From Eledone cirrhosa (taxonomy: Eukaryota): 64,000 nt of DNA. Positions within the stretch are counted from its first letter, which is position 1. Every line of letters begins with the position of its first letter. The notes beneath the pieces were generated by a model that worked only from the letters and a program-made list of their open reading frames with translations, was not told the origin of the DNA and searched no databases. The stretch spans positions 230,516,001 to 230,580,000 of the forward strand of contig OZ024743.1 of NCBI GenBank assembly GCA_964016885.1, in the 5' to 3' direction. Both the position numbers and the translations under genes were made by a program. Below, one piece after another: positions 12,340-25,251 of this stretch.

Positions 12340-12477
12340 TAATTATTTCTACTTTTGGCACAAGGCCAGCAATTATCACAGTGTATTACTGGTACTTTCT
12401 ATTACTGGTACAGTGTATTACTGCCATTCAATAATAATAATAATTGTTTCTACTTTTAGCACAATAATAATAATAAT
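12340..12477 (-). mobile_element. Stacked 3' stubs of the same SINE within (ATT)n
   Basis: Stub 12341-12400 reads agtaccagtaatacactg..ggccttgtgccaaaagtagaaataatt; stub ~12445-12463 reads tgtgctaaaagtagaaaca and is flanked on both sides by (att)n. Confidence 0.75.
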
Positions 12478-13238
12478 GAAAATACATTATATAAAATATG
12501 TATTTGCATCTTTTATATAAAATATGTATTATATAAAATATGTATTTGCAACTTTATATTGATTTTTAGATATCAAGATAGAAATGTGAAAAGAAAATTT
12601 CGTTGTAAAAAAATGTTTATTTTTCTATAAATTCGTACTAATAATTTCGAATTGAAAGAATAATAAATAGAGTCTACTTTCTAAAACAACGTTTATTTAC
12701 CATTATGTTGTATACACCCACGTACAAGCATATACATACAAATGTAATCACATTACATGATGATTTGTGCCTCTAAGCGTTTAGTTTCTTCTTTTATAAC
12801 GCCCTATCTCCCACTCATTTATTCATTTTGTATACCTGCTTTTCTCTGTGTACACATCTAGCATTCCATAGCGTTAGACAGACATATACATACCTTCAAA
12901 TATATTCTCCCCCATGTATATATATATATACATATACATATATATATGTGCGTCTGTGTGCGTGTGAGTGTGTTTGTGTTTGTATGTATATATGTATATA
13001 TGTAAGAAAATGAAAATTTTTGTTGTTTTTCTAAAAACAAATAGAAAAAAAAACGAGATGTCTTACACGGATTAAAGTATAAGGAAAAGAAATTTAAAAA
13101 AGGCAACTGGAGTCCTTTAAGAATATTTATGTATTTACTTTACCGGTTTCACAGTTCCTATGCTTTTCAAAAGTAAAATTGAGATGGAAGGTTTGTGTTT
13201 CTGTGGTGGTTTGTCTCGTATCTGTATATATATATAAA

Positions 13239-13481
13239 TAAATGAAGTATTTCCGTAGGAAAGGTAAAGGAAAAGAGAGTACTCTATGTAGGGTAGAGAA
13301 CTTTGTAGTTATGTAATAAACAACATAAGATAATTCCATGGTGTATGTTGGTTAATTTCCTGAAACTGTAGAATGCTGAAATTATCGAGCTGGAAGGTAC
13401 CAATCATATATGTAATATAGAATATGCTCCTACATAGAGCACTCTCTTTTCTGTTTCCTTTCCTACGGAAATTCTTCATTT
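13239..13481. repeat. Inverted repeat, ~55-bp arms
   Basis: aaatgaagtatttccgtaggaaagg..gagagtactctatgtagg pairs with cctacatagagcactctc..cctttcctacggaaattcttcattt. Confidence 0.8.
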
Positions 13482-13683
13482 AAACAGTTCCCACCGGGAA
13501 TAAGTGAGCTCGTAAGTTTGTTTTCTTCAACGGTTTGAAATACGTTTGTCATTAATATTTTTGTTTCAAACGGGAAATAAGACTTTAGTCTTTTCCCTCA
13601 AGAAAGGACTCTCCATAATATTTGGGCCTTTTGGCCCAAATATCTTTCAATTTAAAAGAAAGTTTTTATTAAAAAAAAAAAAC

Positions 13684-15730
13684 ATGGCGTAGGCACGCGC
13701 CCCAACTTTGACTTCGCTGTCTTGCGACAGCGATTCAAACGTTGAGATTAATAACGCTCCTCCTCCCACAACAATTTTAAAATGTAACAACACATCAGGC
13801 AATATCTCCAACAACAGCACCAACAACAGTGAGAACAAAAATGACAACAGCAGCGACAGCGACATTACCAAAGACATTAAAAAAAAAACAGTCGTGAACA
13901 AGAACGACAACAGCACCAGCGACAACTTTTCACAACAAATCCAACAACAACTGCAATAATGACAACAACACCAACAACAGAAAGAACGACAACAAAGACA
14001 AGAATATCAACAACAGTGACAATCACAACAACAGCAACAATAACAATAGCAGCAGCAACAATATCAACGAAAACAACAACGAAATTAACACCACTAACTA
14101 GAACATGAACAGCGACAGCACCAACAACAACAATACCAACTGCACCGAAAACAACAATAACGGCGGCACTAAAGACAACAATGATAACAGCAACAGTGAT
14201 AATAGCAACAATACCAACAACAACAACGACAACAACAACAACACCAACGACAAGAAGAAGAACACTTTCGCTGCGGCAGCAGCCAAAAACAGGCCATGCT
14301 TCAGTACGGACCTCTCGAAGGAAGATGAAAAGTTGGCCCAGGCCTGGATGCTCATCAAACAAGGGCAAACCTTGGCCAACTTAACTGCCCCGGTAGAAGC
14401 TATTGAAGCAGTGGAGCGCAGAACGGTACATTACAGATGCATCTCAGCGGAAACTAAGAGGGCAGCTTTAATTCCACAAGCAGATGTCGAAGTCGCGCTG
14501 AGGTGCATCAGGGATGACACCGAATACATAACGAGGGGCAGACAATACGGTACCATTTCGGTGCTGTTTAAGTCAGAAGCACTCGCTATGAAACATGCTA
14601 TGACACCTTGCAAAACCAGCAAGGTCATAATGTACCCCTCCCTCATGGGAAAAAGATCGGCCCGTCTCCGCATTCCCAGAATCCCACCAGGACTTGACAT
14701 GTGGTGGCTTTTGGGATGTGTGGAGGGGACGGATACCATCCCGATAGAAGTAACAAGAACTGCCTAAGAGGATTGGTCCGGGGTTGACCTGGAGATACTT
14801 CTCCAGATCAGGCCAGAGAATATCAAAACAATCGCGGTCCACATCCGTCTTCAGAACGGGACGGTCATTCACATTATGACCGAAGGGAAAAGGCCGGATT
14901 GTTTCGTTTGTGGAGAAAAAACCCATTTGCGAGCCTTCTGCCCTCAACACATGAAAGATGCAAGGGGTTGAAGGGCTCCACTGCTGCCGACGAAAGGACG
15001 AGGACCACAACCAACACCAGCACCGGGAAAACCACCAGCAACAACACCAATAGAAAAACCAACACTAACATTAACCACCCATGGGGGGAAACGAGGAAAG
15101 TTGCCCCCCCCCCCCTCCTCCAACACACACATCAATAAAAATAAAATCACACACACAGACGCAGACACAGTTACAGACACAGACCCCTCATCTACCAGTA
15201 GTGAAGATGAGGGAAAACCAAAATCCCCTAAAATACAAAAAAGGAAACACAAAAAGAAAAAAAAACTCAACAAAGCACAAAAACACCCACAATAAAAAAT
15301 GCAGACACCACCCACGCAAACATCTCCCCAACAACACCAACATCAACACCACCATCACCATCACCATCACGAGAATCCCCCAAACGCAAACAACCTAAAC
15401 AGACGCAAGAACAAATACACACACAAACATCTGAAACCACAGACACCGCACTCACAACAAATACAGACAGCACCGAAACAACACCATCAAAACCATCACC
15501 ACCATAGCCACGCAAACAAATAAAAACCCACCAACAAAACATACAAAACTTCGTGCTCGTCAGGAGGGCCAACAAGGAACTGATGGCCCTCATAGCACGA
15601 AGTGAAGAAATACAAAAAGTGGGGGAAATATTTAAATCGAGCACATATCGTGTGCCGGAAGATTTGCTTCTGGTGCGAATGTCACTCGATTTATGCAAAG
15701 AGATACGAGACAGCTTTCCTCGGGATGTAA
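13684..15730 (+). pseudogene. ORF1 of copy 3
   Basis: Asn-rich N-terminus, TFAAAAA motif, core YITRGRQYGTISVLF..IPRIPP, CCHC knuckle, stops and frameshifts; 3' end approximate. Confidence 0.82.
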
Positions 15731-15763
15731 GTAAACCTTTCCTCTCACTTTTAGCCTGCCAAC

Positions 15764-18700
15764 ATGACCATATTAATAGCAGGATGTTGAAATGTTTGAG
15801 GCCTTGGAACGTCCTGGAAGCAGGGTCACCTGCTCAACCACCTCGGGTCCCTAGAAATGGATGTAATTGCCATTAGCAAGACCAGGATGTCCGACACGCT
15901 CCTAATTTCGACGACTATCAGATCTTCGCATCTGTTAGTCGGCAGGGAATGGGAGGTGGGGTGGCAGTGCTGTTTATGAAAAGCCCGGATCTCGAGGTAA
16001 GAATCCATCTTCCGGGACCCGGACGGTAATTTGGTGGTCCTGGACGTGAACAATAGCGAAGGTGGTGCCTTTAGACTGGTGGCCGACTAAGGCTCCCACC
16101 GGGGAAGGACGGCCGGATTTTTTAGACGCCTGGAAGCCTTTATGGGCACGTCTCGCCCTTTACTGTTAGAGGGGGACTGGAACGGCATCTTAGAAGCACG
16201 CTGGGACAGTGTGGGAGTATCCGATAAGAGTGCGGTGTGGGGTACACAAACCTCAAGTACCTGATCAGCCAGTCCCAACTGTCGGACAGGTACCGATTAG
16301 ATTTTCCTAATGCGCCAGTGTGGACCTGGACAAATCGTTTAGGAACATCTAGATCGTACATAGATAGGTTTCTAATTTGATTATTGGATAAGGATAGTAT
16401 AGGGTGTTCACAATTACATACGGTCGCTTATTCAGATCACTAGTTTGTTATATGTATGGTCAACCTAGATAAGACGCGTCGGTTAGGACCTGGTTACTGG
16501 AAGCTGAACATGTCGTTTCCGGCACGTAAGGCTTACAGTGACCGAGTCAACAATTTAGCCAAGAAAAATTTGACAGGTGGAGTTGTCAACAATAGATGGT
16601 GTGTGTGGGGAGGGGGCTCTCAAAGGAGAGACTAGAGTAATGTCGATAGGTTCTAGCAAAGAGTAGCATTAGAGAAAAATAGAAAGGAGTGGGAGCAGGT
16701 AGATAAGTTAGGCGAGGCTATTTGTAGTGGCATTGCAACTGACATGCTAGCGGCGAGAATGGCATTAGATCATTTCTTCAATGCGAAACACGGAGGTTGC
16801 ATTGTCAGAGCTAAGGCGCGTGCTCTGAGAAACGAGGAAACCAAAGCTATTCGAGGGGCCCGCGTGGCAGAGGCGCAGCATGGTAATAAAACCACAATTC
16901 GGTCTTTGACGGACCGAGACGGACACGAGCTGAACTATTCCAAGAGGATGTGTGAGGCCTTTCGCCAACATTTTACTCGGTTGTTCGGGAGAAGTGGCGG
17001 GTCAGAGACGGTTGCGGACTTTAATCGCTACCTCGAGGACTTGCCGCAACTCTTGACGTCAGAGGCTGAGTGCTGCGAAAGGCCGATTACTGCAGCCGAG
17101 TTTCAGGATGCCCTTGTTGGTTGCATGAGGCGCAAGTCACCCGGTTTGGATGGTCTGACCTACGAGCTTTACGTAAATATGCCAGACTTGTTCTCCGATC
17201 TCCTCCAAGCGCTCTACTGCAAATGGCAGCATAATGGGAGTATTCCCAGTCCTGTGAGAAGGGGAGTGGTGACGCTCATAAGGAAAGAGGTGAACAAGAG
17301 AGACACACTAGTCAATTTTAGGCCCATACATCTGCTCAACTCATAGTTTAAGATTTTGGCCAAGGTGTCAGCGAAGAGATTAGCGCTTATCGTCGAGGAT
17401 TTGTTTGGGGAGGCGCAAACTTTCGCGATCCCGACCAGGTCCATACAACCTCCACCTGATGCGATACATGATAGAGAGGGTGAGGTGTAAACCTGGCTTC
17501 GGTGGGGTTCTGATCAATTCAGATCAATCGAAAGCATTCGATAGGGTCGACTATCGGTACCTGGAAGCTGTCCTCAAGGTAGCTGGCTTCGGCCACCGTC
17601 TTCAGAAGTTGGATCGCTGCAATGCACAGGGGCATCTGATCGATGGTCATAGTTAAATGCCACCTCTCGGAACCGTTTCAGATCTCCCGATAGGTCCGTT
17701 ATGGGTGCCCTCTCTCCTCCCTTCTGTAGGTATTGACTCTCGAGCCTTTACTGCAGAAGTTGGCGCTGTTGCAGGGCATCCCACTTGAACCAGGACGGGG
17801 AAAGGCTGTGTCGGCTTATGCGGACGACATCACCGTGATGGTGTCGGACACTTCGGAAATCTAGGTGTCGGCAACTTATTGGAGGAATATGAAAGGTTGA
17901 TAGGAGCACAACTTTACCTGGAAAAGTCGGTGGGCTTACAACTTGGCACCTGGACGGACGGACCGGTAAAGTTGCTTGGAGTTTGGTTCGGGCCTGAACT
18001 CCAGGTGGATAAATATTGAAATGAGGTGATGGCCAGCGGAGCCAGTCTCACCCAGAAATGGGCTGTGAGGAAGCTATCACCGAAAAGTCGGGGGGAGGTG
18101 GCGAACGCGTACATCGAGTTCGTCATCTACTACCGCCTCACCGACGTCACTTGCTCCCGTTAACGCCTCGCCAACTTGGAACGGTTCCTCTTCAAATTCT
18201 TGTGGAGGGGACAGGTTCTGTTGGTGAGGCGGTCCATCTTCTGCCAGCACCCTCTACGTGGAGGGATGGGCATGCCGTGGCTACTGATGTGCAAACGCGC
18301 TGAGGCTGCAGCATCTCCAGATATTCTGCCTAAACGGTGAACAGGTGTGGTCGTGGTTTGTCAGACGGGCCATTTCGCAGCTCGTCTCTTTGGCTGAACT
18401 GCAGTCCTGAGTCAAGAAGAGACCGAGACTGGGTGACTAACATCTGAAATGTTGCCAGGCACTCAGTGCCCTCTACCAGGCGAGAAATGCGGTCAGTGGA
18501 ACTTCCACTCTCGAGTTCTATAGAGGCTCTGGGCGTCGACGAAGTCGAACTAAACAGTCTGTTCCCGAGGACTTTCGAGGCGGGAACGATGGATCACTCG
18601 CTTGGCAGTGCTACCGGAGGGGACTGCCGGTTCGAGATAAACTCTACAGGCATGGAAGTGCTGTCAGACATACCTGCCCGAGATGCGCGCTGAGCGACGA

Positions 18701-19093
18701 AACCGTTCTGCACGCACTCATCCAGTCTCCATGTATTACTGACATGTGGAGTTATGTCGAACAGCTGTTGTCGCGTGTAGAACGGATCAGGCAATCGGCC
18801 GAGTACATAGTGAAGATCGACCCACCGCCTTCTTTTGGCCAGGAAGGGCAGGCAATTTTCCTCTGTCTGGTGGCAGTAGCGAAAGAGGTTGTATAGTGGA
18901 CCAGGTTGAAAGGACTAAAGACAGATGTTTTTCTCTTCGGCCAATCCCTCATCAACCTTTTCAAGTTTCACTTGGAAAGGTATGTGAGGGAGGCGAGAAA
19001 AATACTGCCCCCCCTAGTACATTTACTGAAAGGTGAGTGAATGCGGCGAGAATGGCCCGTGTGAGTGGTTCTACTCTGATCATGCGCCTGCAG
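15764..19093 (+). pseudogene. ORF2 of copy 3 (APE-RT), disrupted
   Basis: caacATGaccatattaatagcagg start matches the other copies; ORF 16744-17346 and downstream RT motifs; many stops. Confidence 0.9.
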
Positions 19094-19352
19094 GTGGGGG
19101 AATTTGAGGTGGAGAGGAGTGCCCTTCCCGGGTGCTCTCGAAGCGTCGGATCGTTCAGGATTGGTAGGTACCTGAGTGAACCCTGAGTGGTCATCCCGCC
19201 CTATTGAGGAATTTTCCTTGTATTTTTATTGTTATTTTGTTATTGTTATTTATATTGTTTACACGTTGTATATGTAACCCCCATTGTCCCTGTCTTTTTG
19301 TATTGTCCCCTATATGTCGGCCCTTGTGGTCAATAAATGAAACTATAATTAT

Positions 19353-19381
19353 ATGTAAACCCTTGTTGTTAATAAAGAAAG

Positions 19382-19382
<1 letters not shown>
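19353..19382 (+). mobile_element. 30-bp 3'-terminal stub of the copy 4/5/6 Tx1 lineage
   Basis: atgtaaacccttgttgttaataaagaaagc matches the copy 4 end atgtaaacccttgtggttaataaagaaagc (25475-25504) with one mismatch. Confidence 0.8.
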
Positions 19383-19456
<74 letters not shown>

Positions 19457-19460
19457 TATT
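19383..19460. repeat. (ATT)n array
   Basis: Direct observation. Confidence 0.99.
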
Positions 19461-19660
19461 AGGGCGGGGATTGGCAGTATCGGTAGAGGGTCGGACGCCA
19501 AGCTTTCCAGCATAGTTACGTCCCTTTACGATCTGAGTTCAAATCCCGCCGAGGTTGACTTTGCCTTTCATCCTTACGGGGTCGATAAAATAAAGTACCA
19601 GTAATGCACTGGGTAATTGCTGGCCTTGTGCCTAAAGTAGAAACAATTATTATTATTATT
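19461..19660 (+). mobile_element. Full-length tRNA-derived SINE with (ATT)n tail
   Basis: tggcagtatcggtag (A box), gagttcaaatcc (B box), central gttgactttgcctttcatccttacggggtcgataaaataaagtaccag resembling Meta/Sauria-type SINE cores, tail ggccttgtgcctaaagtagaaaca(att)5. Confidence 0.9.
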
Positions 19661-19871
19661 ATGGAATGCCATGGTTGATGGAGCCTCGGCTTTGTAAGGT
19701 ACAGTAATTTTTAACCGCTATAACAATTGTAAATTCTTTAAAACTTGAACCAAATTATAGATAAAAACACCCTCCTCCTTGTGAGAGGGGTGATTCTGCT
19801 CTTTATTTGGCCCTTCGGGGTTAAATAACCGCTTATTGGTGCACAATATTCGTTTTAAACCGTATAAAAAC

Positions 19872-22027
19872 ATGGCTACAAAAAATAATTTTAACAAGTT
19901 ACTCCCACTCATTCCGGCTTCTTCTTCTTCAATCGTCACTACATCAGTACATCAGAGAAAAGATTGTCTCTCTCCCTCCATTCTCTAAATGTGGTGTCGC
20001 CTATTTCTCAAGCGACGCCATTAAAGAAAGAGAACAATATAGTTTCTGGTAGCTTTCACCAAGAGAATGTGCATACCGTGGAACATTTCTCCACGACGAC
20101 GACAACGACGAAAAATGTGTGCGATAAATACGGAAAGCCATTTCATTCGTCTGACGTCATGAATAATAGCAGCAGCAGCCGCAATAACAGCAGCAGCAGC
20201 AACAGTGGCAAGGAAAATACTAGTACAGGCCGCAACAACATCAGCAGCAGCATAAACAACAGCAGCAGCAGCAGCAACAGCAACAACAACAGCAGCAGCA
20301 GCAACAACAACAACCACAGCAACAGCGGCGGCGGCGGTCGTAGTATCAGTAGCAACAACAAAAGTAACAGCAGCAAAGAACAACAACAACAACAAAGAAA
20401 AAACAACCTCGGTTGCAGGTATCGCCAAGAACCTGGAAACCATCCTTATAACAAATTAGGAATTACAGGAAGCAAGGAACATGGTGACGAAAACCGGTCA
20501 CCGAGCAATCTGCAAGGCAGCCGAAGAATTTTTCGAAACCCAACAGCAATGTACGGTTACGTACCGTACAGTAATCACAAAATCACGTAGGGTTGAAAGA
20601 GCCAAGGAGGCTCAAATACAAAAAGCCTTAGTGTCTGTGTGGCAGCGGAAAACGCATATCACCCGAGGCAAGAAATATGCCAGCGTGGACGTGCTTTTTG
20701 CCACACCCCAGGAGCCAAAGGCTCAATCCTTAGTGACCCTAAGGAGTGAGGAAATGGTATTGGTGCCCTTTTACTGCGGGCATAAAATTGTGAGGGTCAT
20801 ACTGACCCAGATCGTCGAGCCCTTGGATGGCCCCTTCTTGGCTGGCAGCGTCTCTCCTCGTCAGAATCGAGGACAAAACAACTGTACTGCAAGTACAGAA
20901 AAAAGTACAAGAAGATTGAGTCGGCACCTCCATTGAGATGTTAATTCAAAACAAACAGGAGTGCATCGAAGCTATCCCGGATGTGATAGACTTCGATAAC
21001 GGCACTCAACTGCCCATAAGTGTTGAGGGCAAACGCCCGTAATGCCTTCGCTGTGGGTCAAAAACTCACCCCAGGGTCTTCTGCAATGAGAAGACGCTGA
21101 GAAATGAGTAAAAGCCTCCTCCTTACGAAACCGGCTCCACTGCTACCAGCAACAGGACAGGCGGAAACCAGGAAGGATAGGTCCGTGGCACCCATACCCA
21201 CGCCACGGAAACCAAGAACAGCAGCAACAGTGGAAGTATGAACAACAACAACAGTAATACCAACTGCAGCTGCAACAGAGACTCCACTGCAACCATCACC
21301 AACAAGAACAAGTGAAAGAGTATAGCTGGTACCCCTCCCCGACCTCACAGAATCGGACATGCAGTTGTAGGTGGGAGAGGGATGGCAAAAGGTCGCAAGA
21401 AGTCACAAACGCAGAAGCAACGCATCGTCGACTGCGAAAGGGGAGGGAAGAAATGGAAAAAGGGTAAAGGCTACTGCAAAGAGACTTACAGCAGCAACAC
21501 CACCAACACCATCACCAACCACACTAGCACCACCATCACCACCGGCGGAAAACCCACCACCACCAACAACAACACCTTCCACACCACCACCACAAGCACC
21601 AACATCGCAAACACAACAACAAAACACATACACCCAGCAAAAACGACAAGAAAATAGCAGAACCCCAGCCACCCCCAGAAAAAGAAATGCACAGCAATAA
21701 ATACACACAAGAAACTAATGACTTACATAATTGAACACACAGATATTTCACAGCACGACTACATAATACCAGCACCAATCAGACCACCAACGAACATAAG
21801 ACTGCTAAGAATAGCACAGAAACAATACACAAAACATTAAAATGAAATTCCCCAACGCAGTTGGTGATTTCAGAGACCTAGGAGGGACACTCAACCGGAG
21901 AGTATATTCGGATATACGCACAGAAGAGGCGACGACCAGCCGAAGGGACGATTCAACGGTCCCTTCACCAGACGATCAAGTGAAAAGTGATGGAGAAACC
22001 ATCCTTCCTCTACGAGAAGTAAGGTAA
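19872..22027 (+). pseudogene. ORF1 of copy 4
   Basis: aaaacATGgct start; Ser/Asn-rich region; VTYRTV..QIQKAL..HITRGKKYASVDV; degenerate knuckle; ends ETILPLREVR*. Confidence 0.85.
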
Positions 22028-22061
22028 ATGGTCTTTCCCATCTTTTTCACTCCATTTCAGC

Positions 22062-25000
22062 ATCACCTCACTCAGAATAGGCAGCATAAATGCGCGTGGC
22101 TTGGGGTCGTCATGGAAGTAGGGCCACCTGCTCAACGACCTCAGGTCACTAAATATAGATGTAGTGGCCATCAGCGAGACCAGAATCTCCGAAGCACGGG
22201 CCTTCGCACCGATCTTCGGCGGCTATGATGTCTACGCAACTACCAGCCGTCCTGGATCGGGGGAGGAGTTGCTGTGCTTTTTCGGAGAGGTTTGCATCTC
22301 GCTATACGGGCCATCTTCCTGGACCCAGGAGGTAAGTTGGTGGTGCTGCACGTGACCAGCGGAGACGGGCAAGCTTTCAAGCTAGTGGCCGTCTATGCCC
22401 CGACAGGAGCAGGGTGGCCTGATATCTTCCGGCGTCTGGAGACATTTCTTGTAATGTCGCGCTCTTTAGTGTTAGTGGGCGACTGGAACGGGATCTTAGA
22501 TGCACGCTGGGACTGTGTGGGATTAGTGGATAGGGGAGGAGGGTGCAAGAGCCTCAGCAACCGGCTCGGACGTTTTGAACTGTCTGACAGGTACCGATTG
22601 GATTTCCCGAATGTGCCAATGTGGACTTGGACAAATCGCGTTGTGTCATCCAGATCATATCTAGATAGAGTATTTTGTAGGGAAATTTATATGTCTTGCA
22701 TAGGCTGTCCACAATTCAAGATAGTCAGCTACACGGACCACACATTTGTGATCTGTGTGCTTGACTTAGATAGGCTTCATAGACGAGGACCCGGCTACTG
22801 GAAGCTAAACGCGTCCTTACCAGCGCGCAAGGCCTACAGAGACCGGATTACCGAACTAATATTTCAATGCAAAGCACGAAGGCTGCGTGGTCAGAGCTAG
22901 GGTGCGTGATCTCAAACACGAGGTGACGAAAGCCGTTCAATGGGCACGAGTGCGGTGACGCGTCGTGGCATCAAAGCAACGATTCGGTCTTTGGTGTACC
23001 ACGACGGGCACATGCTACTCGTTCCCGGGCAAATGTGTGAAGCTTTTCAGCGACACTTCGCACAGCTGTTCGGGGGAAGCGGCGGGCCGGATCGAGGGAT
23101 GGACTTTAGTGTCTACCTCGACGGAACTGCCGCAGTGCTGGAACACTGAGGCGGAGTGTTTCGAAAATCCGATAACACCGCTGAAGTACGGGAGGAAATG
23201 ACTGGCTGCACAAGGGGTAAATCGCCTAGCTTGGATGGTCTGCGCTACGAACTTTACGGACAGATGCTAAACTTGTTCGGGGGCCTCTTGGCGGACGTCT
23301 ACTGCAACTGGCAACATAATGGGAGGATTTCCAGCTCTGTGAGCCGAGGAGCGGTGCGCTGCTGAGAAAGGATCCGAACAAGAGGGATAACATAAATAAA
23401 TTCAGGCCCATAACTCTGCTAAACACAGAGTTCAAGATTTTGGACAAGGTGCTAGCAAAGAGGTTGGCGCTTGTCGTAGGGGGTCTGGTGGGAGAGACGC
23501 AGACATGCGCCATTCTCGACAGATCCATCCACGACAACCTCCACCTCATGCGGTACATCGTAGAGAGGGTAGCTAGGGAACCTGGCATGGGTGGGTCCTT
23601 GATCAATTTAGATCAGTCGAACATCGTTACCTAGCGGCAGTCCTGGAGGCGGTTGGCTTTAGACCCGTCTTCAGAGGCTGGATCGCTGCCATGCACAGTG
23701 ACATCTGCTCTGTGGTGAGAGTGAACTGTCACCTTTCGGAACCGTTCAATATCATGCGCTCGTTCCGCCAAGGATGTCCCCTCTCCTCCCTCTTGTAAGT
23801 ATTTACTCTCGAGCCATTACTGCACAAACTGGAGACGTTGAGGAGGTCCCGCGCGGACTAGGATGCAGAAGATCCGTGTCAGCATATGCGGACGACGTCA
23901 CCGTAGTGGTGCCGAATGCCAAACACATCGAGGCCTTCGGCACTACACTAAGAGAATACGAAGCGGTGACAGGAGCAATGATCAACCAGGAAAAGTCAGT
24001 GGGCCTGCAGCTCGGCACCTGGAGAGGCAGGTCCATGCCGTCCAACAGCGTCGTCGAGCGCTGGACGGACGGACCGGTTAAATTGCAGTTTAATTTCAGT
24101 CTTTGTCCGTCTGGAGGTCTGGACCGAACCGTCTGGTTCGGTCCGGACGTACAGACGTACAAAAACTGGGACTAGGTGACGAGATAGTTGCTTCTCTCAC
24201 CCAGAAATGGGCGGAGTGGAAGCTATCCCTGAAAGGTCATCTGCTAGGGCCTGAACGTCATACCTTGTCTTAATCCCCACCTGACTGCGCTGGAGCGTAT
24301 GCTCTTTCGCTTTTTGTGGAAGGCGGTGGTCAGGCGGTCCATCTGCTGTCAATACTCGCTACGTGGAGGGCTGGGCATGTCGTGGCTGATGATGTGCAGA
24401 AACGCGCTTAGGCTACGACATCTCCACATCGTCCTCGACGGTGATCAGGTGTGGTCGCCGTTTGCTAGACGCGTATTTCCCCAGCTCGTCTCCTTGACGG
24501 AGCTGCAGTCCTGGGTCAAGCGAAGACCGAGAGGGAGCGCTTGGAGACTGGAATATCTTCAGGCGCTCACAGCCCGCAACCCATCGGGCAATGTGATCAG
24601 TGGAAACTCCACCTCTGCGTTCTATAGAGGATTAGTGGAGGGGATGAGCGACGACGTACTTGGGGAAACTCTAGGCGTCGACGAAAATCAACAAGCCAAT
24701 CTCTTCGGAAGAACTTTCGGGCCGGGGCCTATGGACAACTTCCTCAAATCCCTGGCCTGGCAGTGCTACCGAGGAGCTTTGCCAGGTCGGGATAATCTCT
24801 ACAGGCATGGAGGTGCCGTTAGCCGGGCATGTCCGAGATTCCGCGCAGGGCGACGAAACCGTCCTGCACGCACTCGTCCAATGTCCGAGTATTGCTGCCT
24901 TGTGTGTTTATGTCGAACACCTGCTGTCGCGTGTAGGACGGATCCGGATATCAGCTGAGTCCATCGTGAGAATTGCCCCGCCCTCTTAGCTTAGCCGGGA

Positions 25001-25251
25001 AGGGCAGGCAGTTTTTATCTGTCTTGAGGCCATGGCGAAAGAGATAGTATGTTGGACAGGTTTGAAAGGGCTGAAGACGAGCACTAACCTCTTCGGTCGG
25101 TGATGCCCTGATTAACTTTTACAAATTTCATTTGAAACGGAAAATCAGGGTAGAGAGGGAAGTGCTCTCTTCCCAGCATTTTGTTGAAAGATGGGTGAGA
25201 AAAGCAAGAATGGCCCGAGTGAATGGGCCTACTCTGAGTATGTGTCTGTAA
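22062..25251 (+). pseudogene. ORF2 of copy 4 (APE-RT-CCHC), frameshifted
   Basis: LRIGSINARGL, VAVYAP, LVGDWN, SYLDRV, YTDH, SAYADDVT, CP...ETVLHALVQC; start mutated to ATC. Confidence 0.92.

Larger units (their letters stand above)
13490..19343 (+). mobile_element. Tx1-group LINE copy 3, near full length, divergent lineage
   Basis: ORF1 start 13684 (codon 3 is TAG), knuckle CFVCGEKTHLRAFC; ORF2 from 15764 with GDWN, KSPGLDG, DQSKAFDRVD, YADD; ends cccttgtggtcAATAAAtgaaac; exact 5' boundary uncertain. Confidence 0.9.

Noticed and set aside
19461-19545. tRNA gene
   Set aside because: A and B boxes are present, but there is no cloverleaf and the sequence runs on into a SINE core and tail.
19765-19795. 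HDV-like ribozyme in the Tx1 5'UTR (cctcctcgtgag-type motif in copies 4 and 5)
   Set aside because: P3 pairing is mismatched and no P1/P2 pseudoknot could be built; a simple hairpin explains it.
22024-22060. 37-nt GT..AG micro-intron fusing ORF1 to ORF2 in copy 4
   Set aside because: The AG is present at this position only in copy 4 (copies 2, 3, 5 and 6 have AAC), and the intron would be very short.
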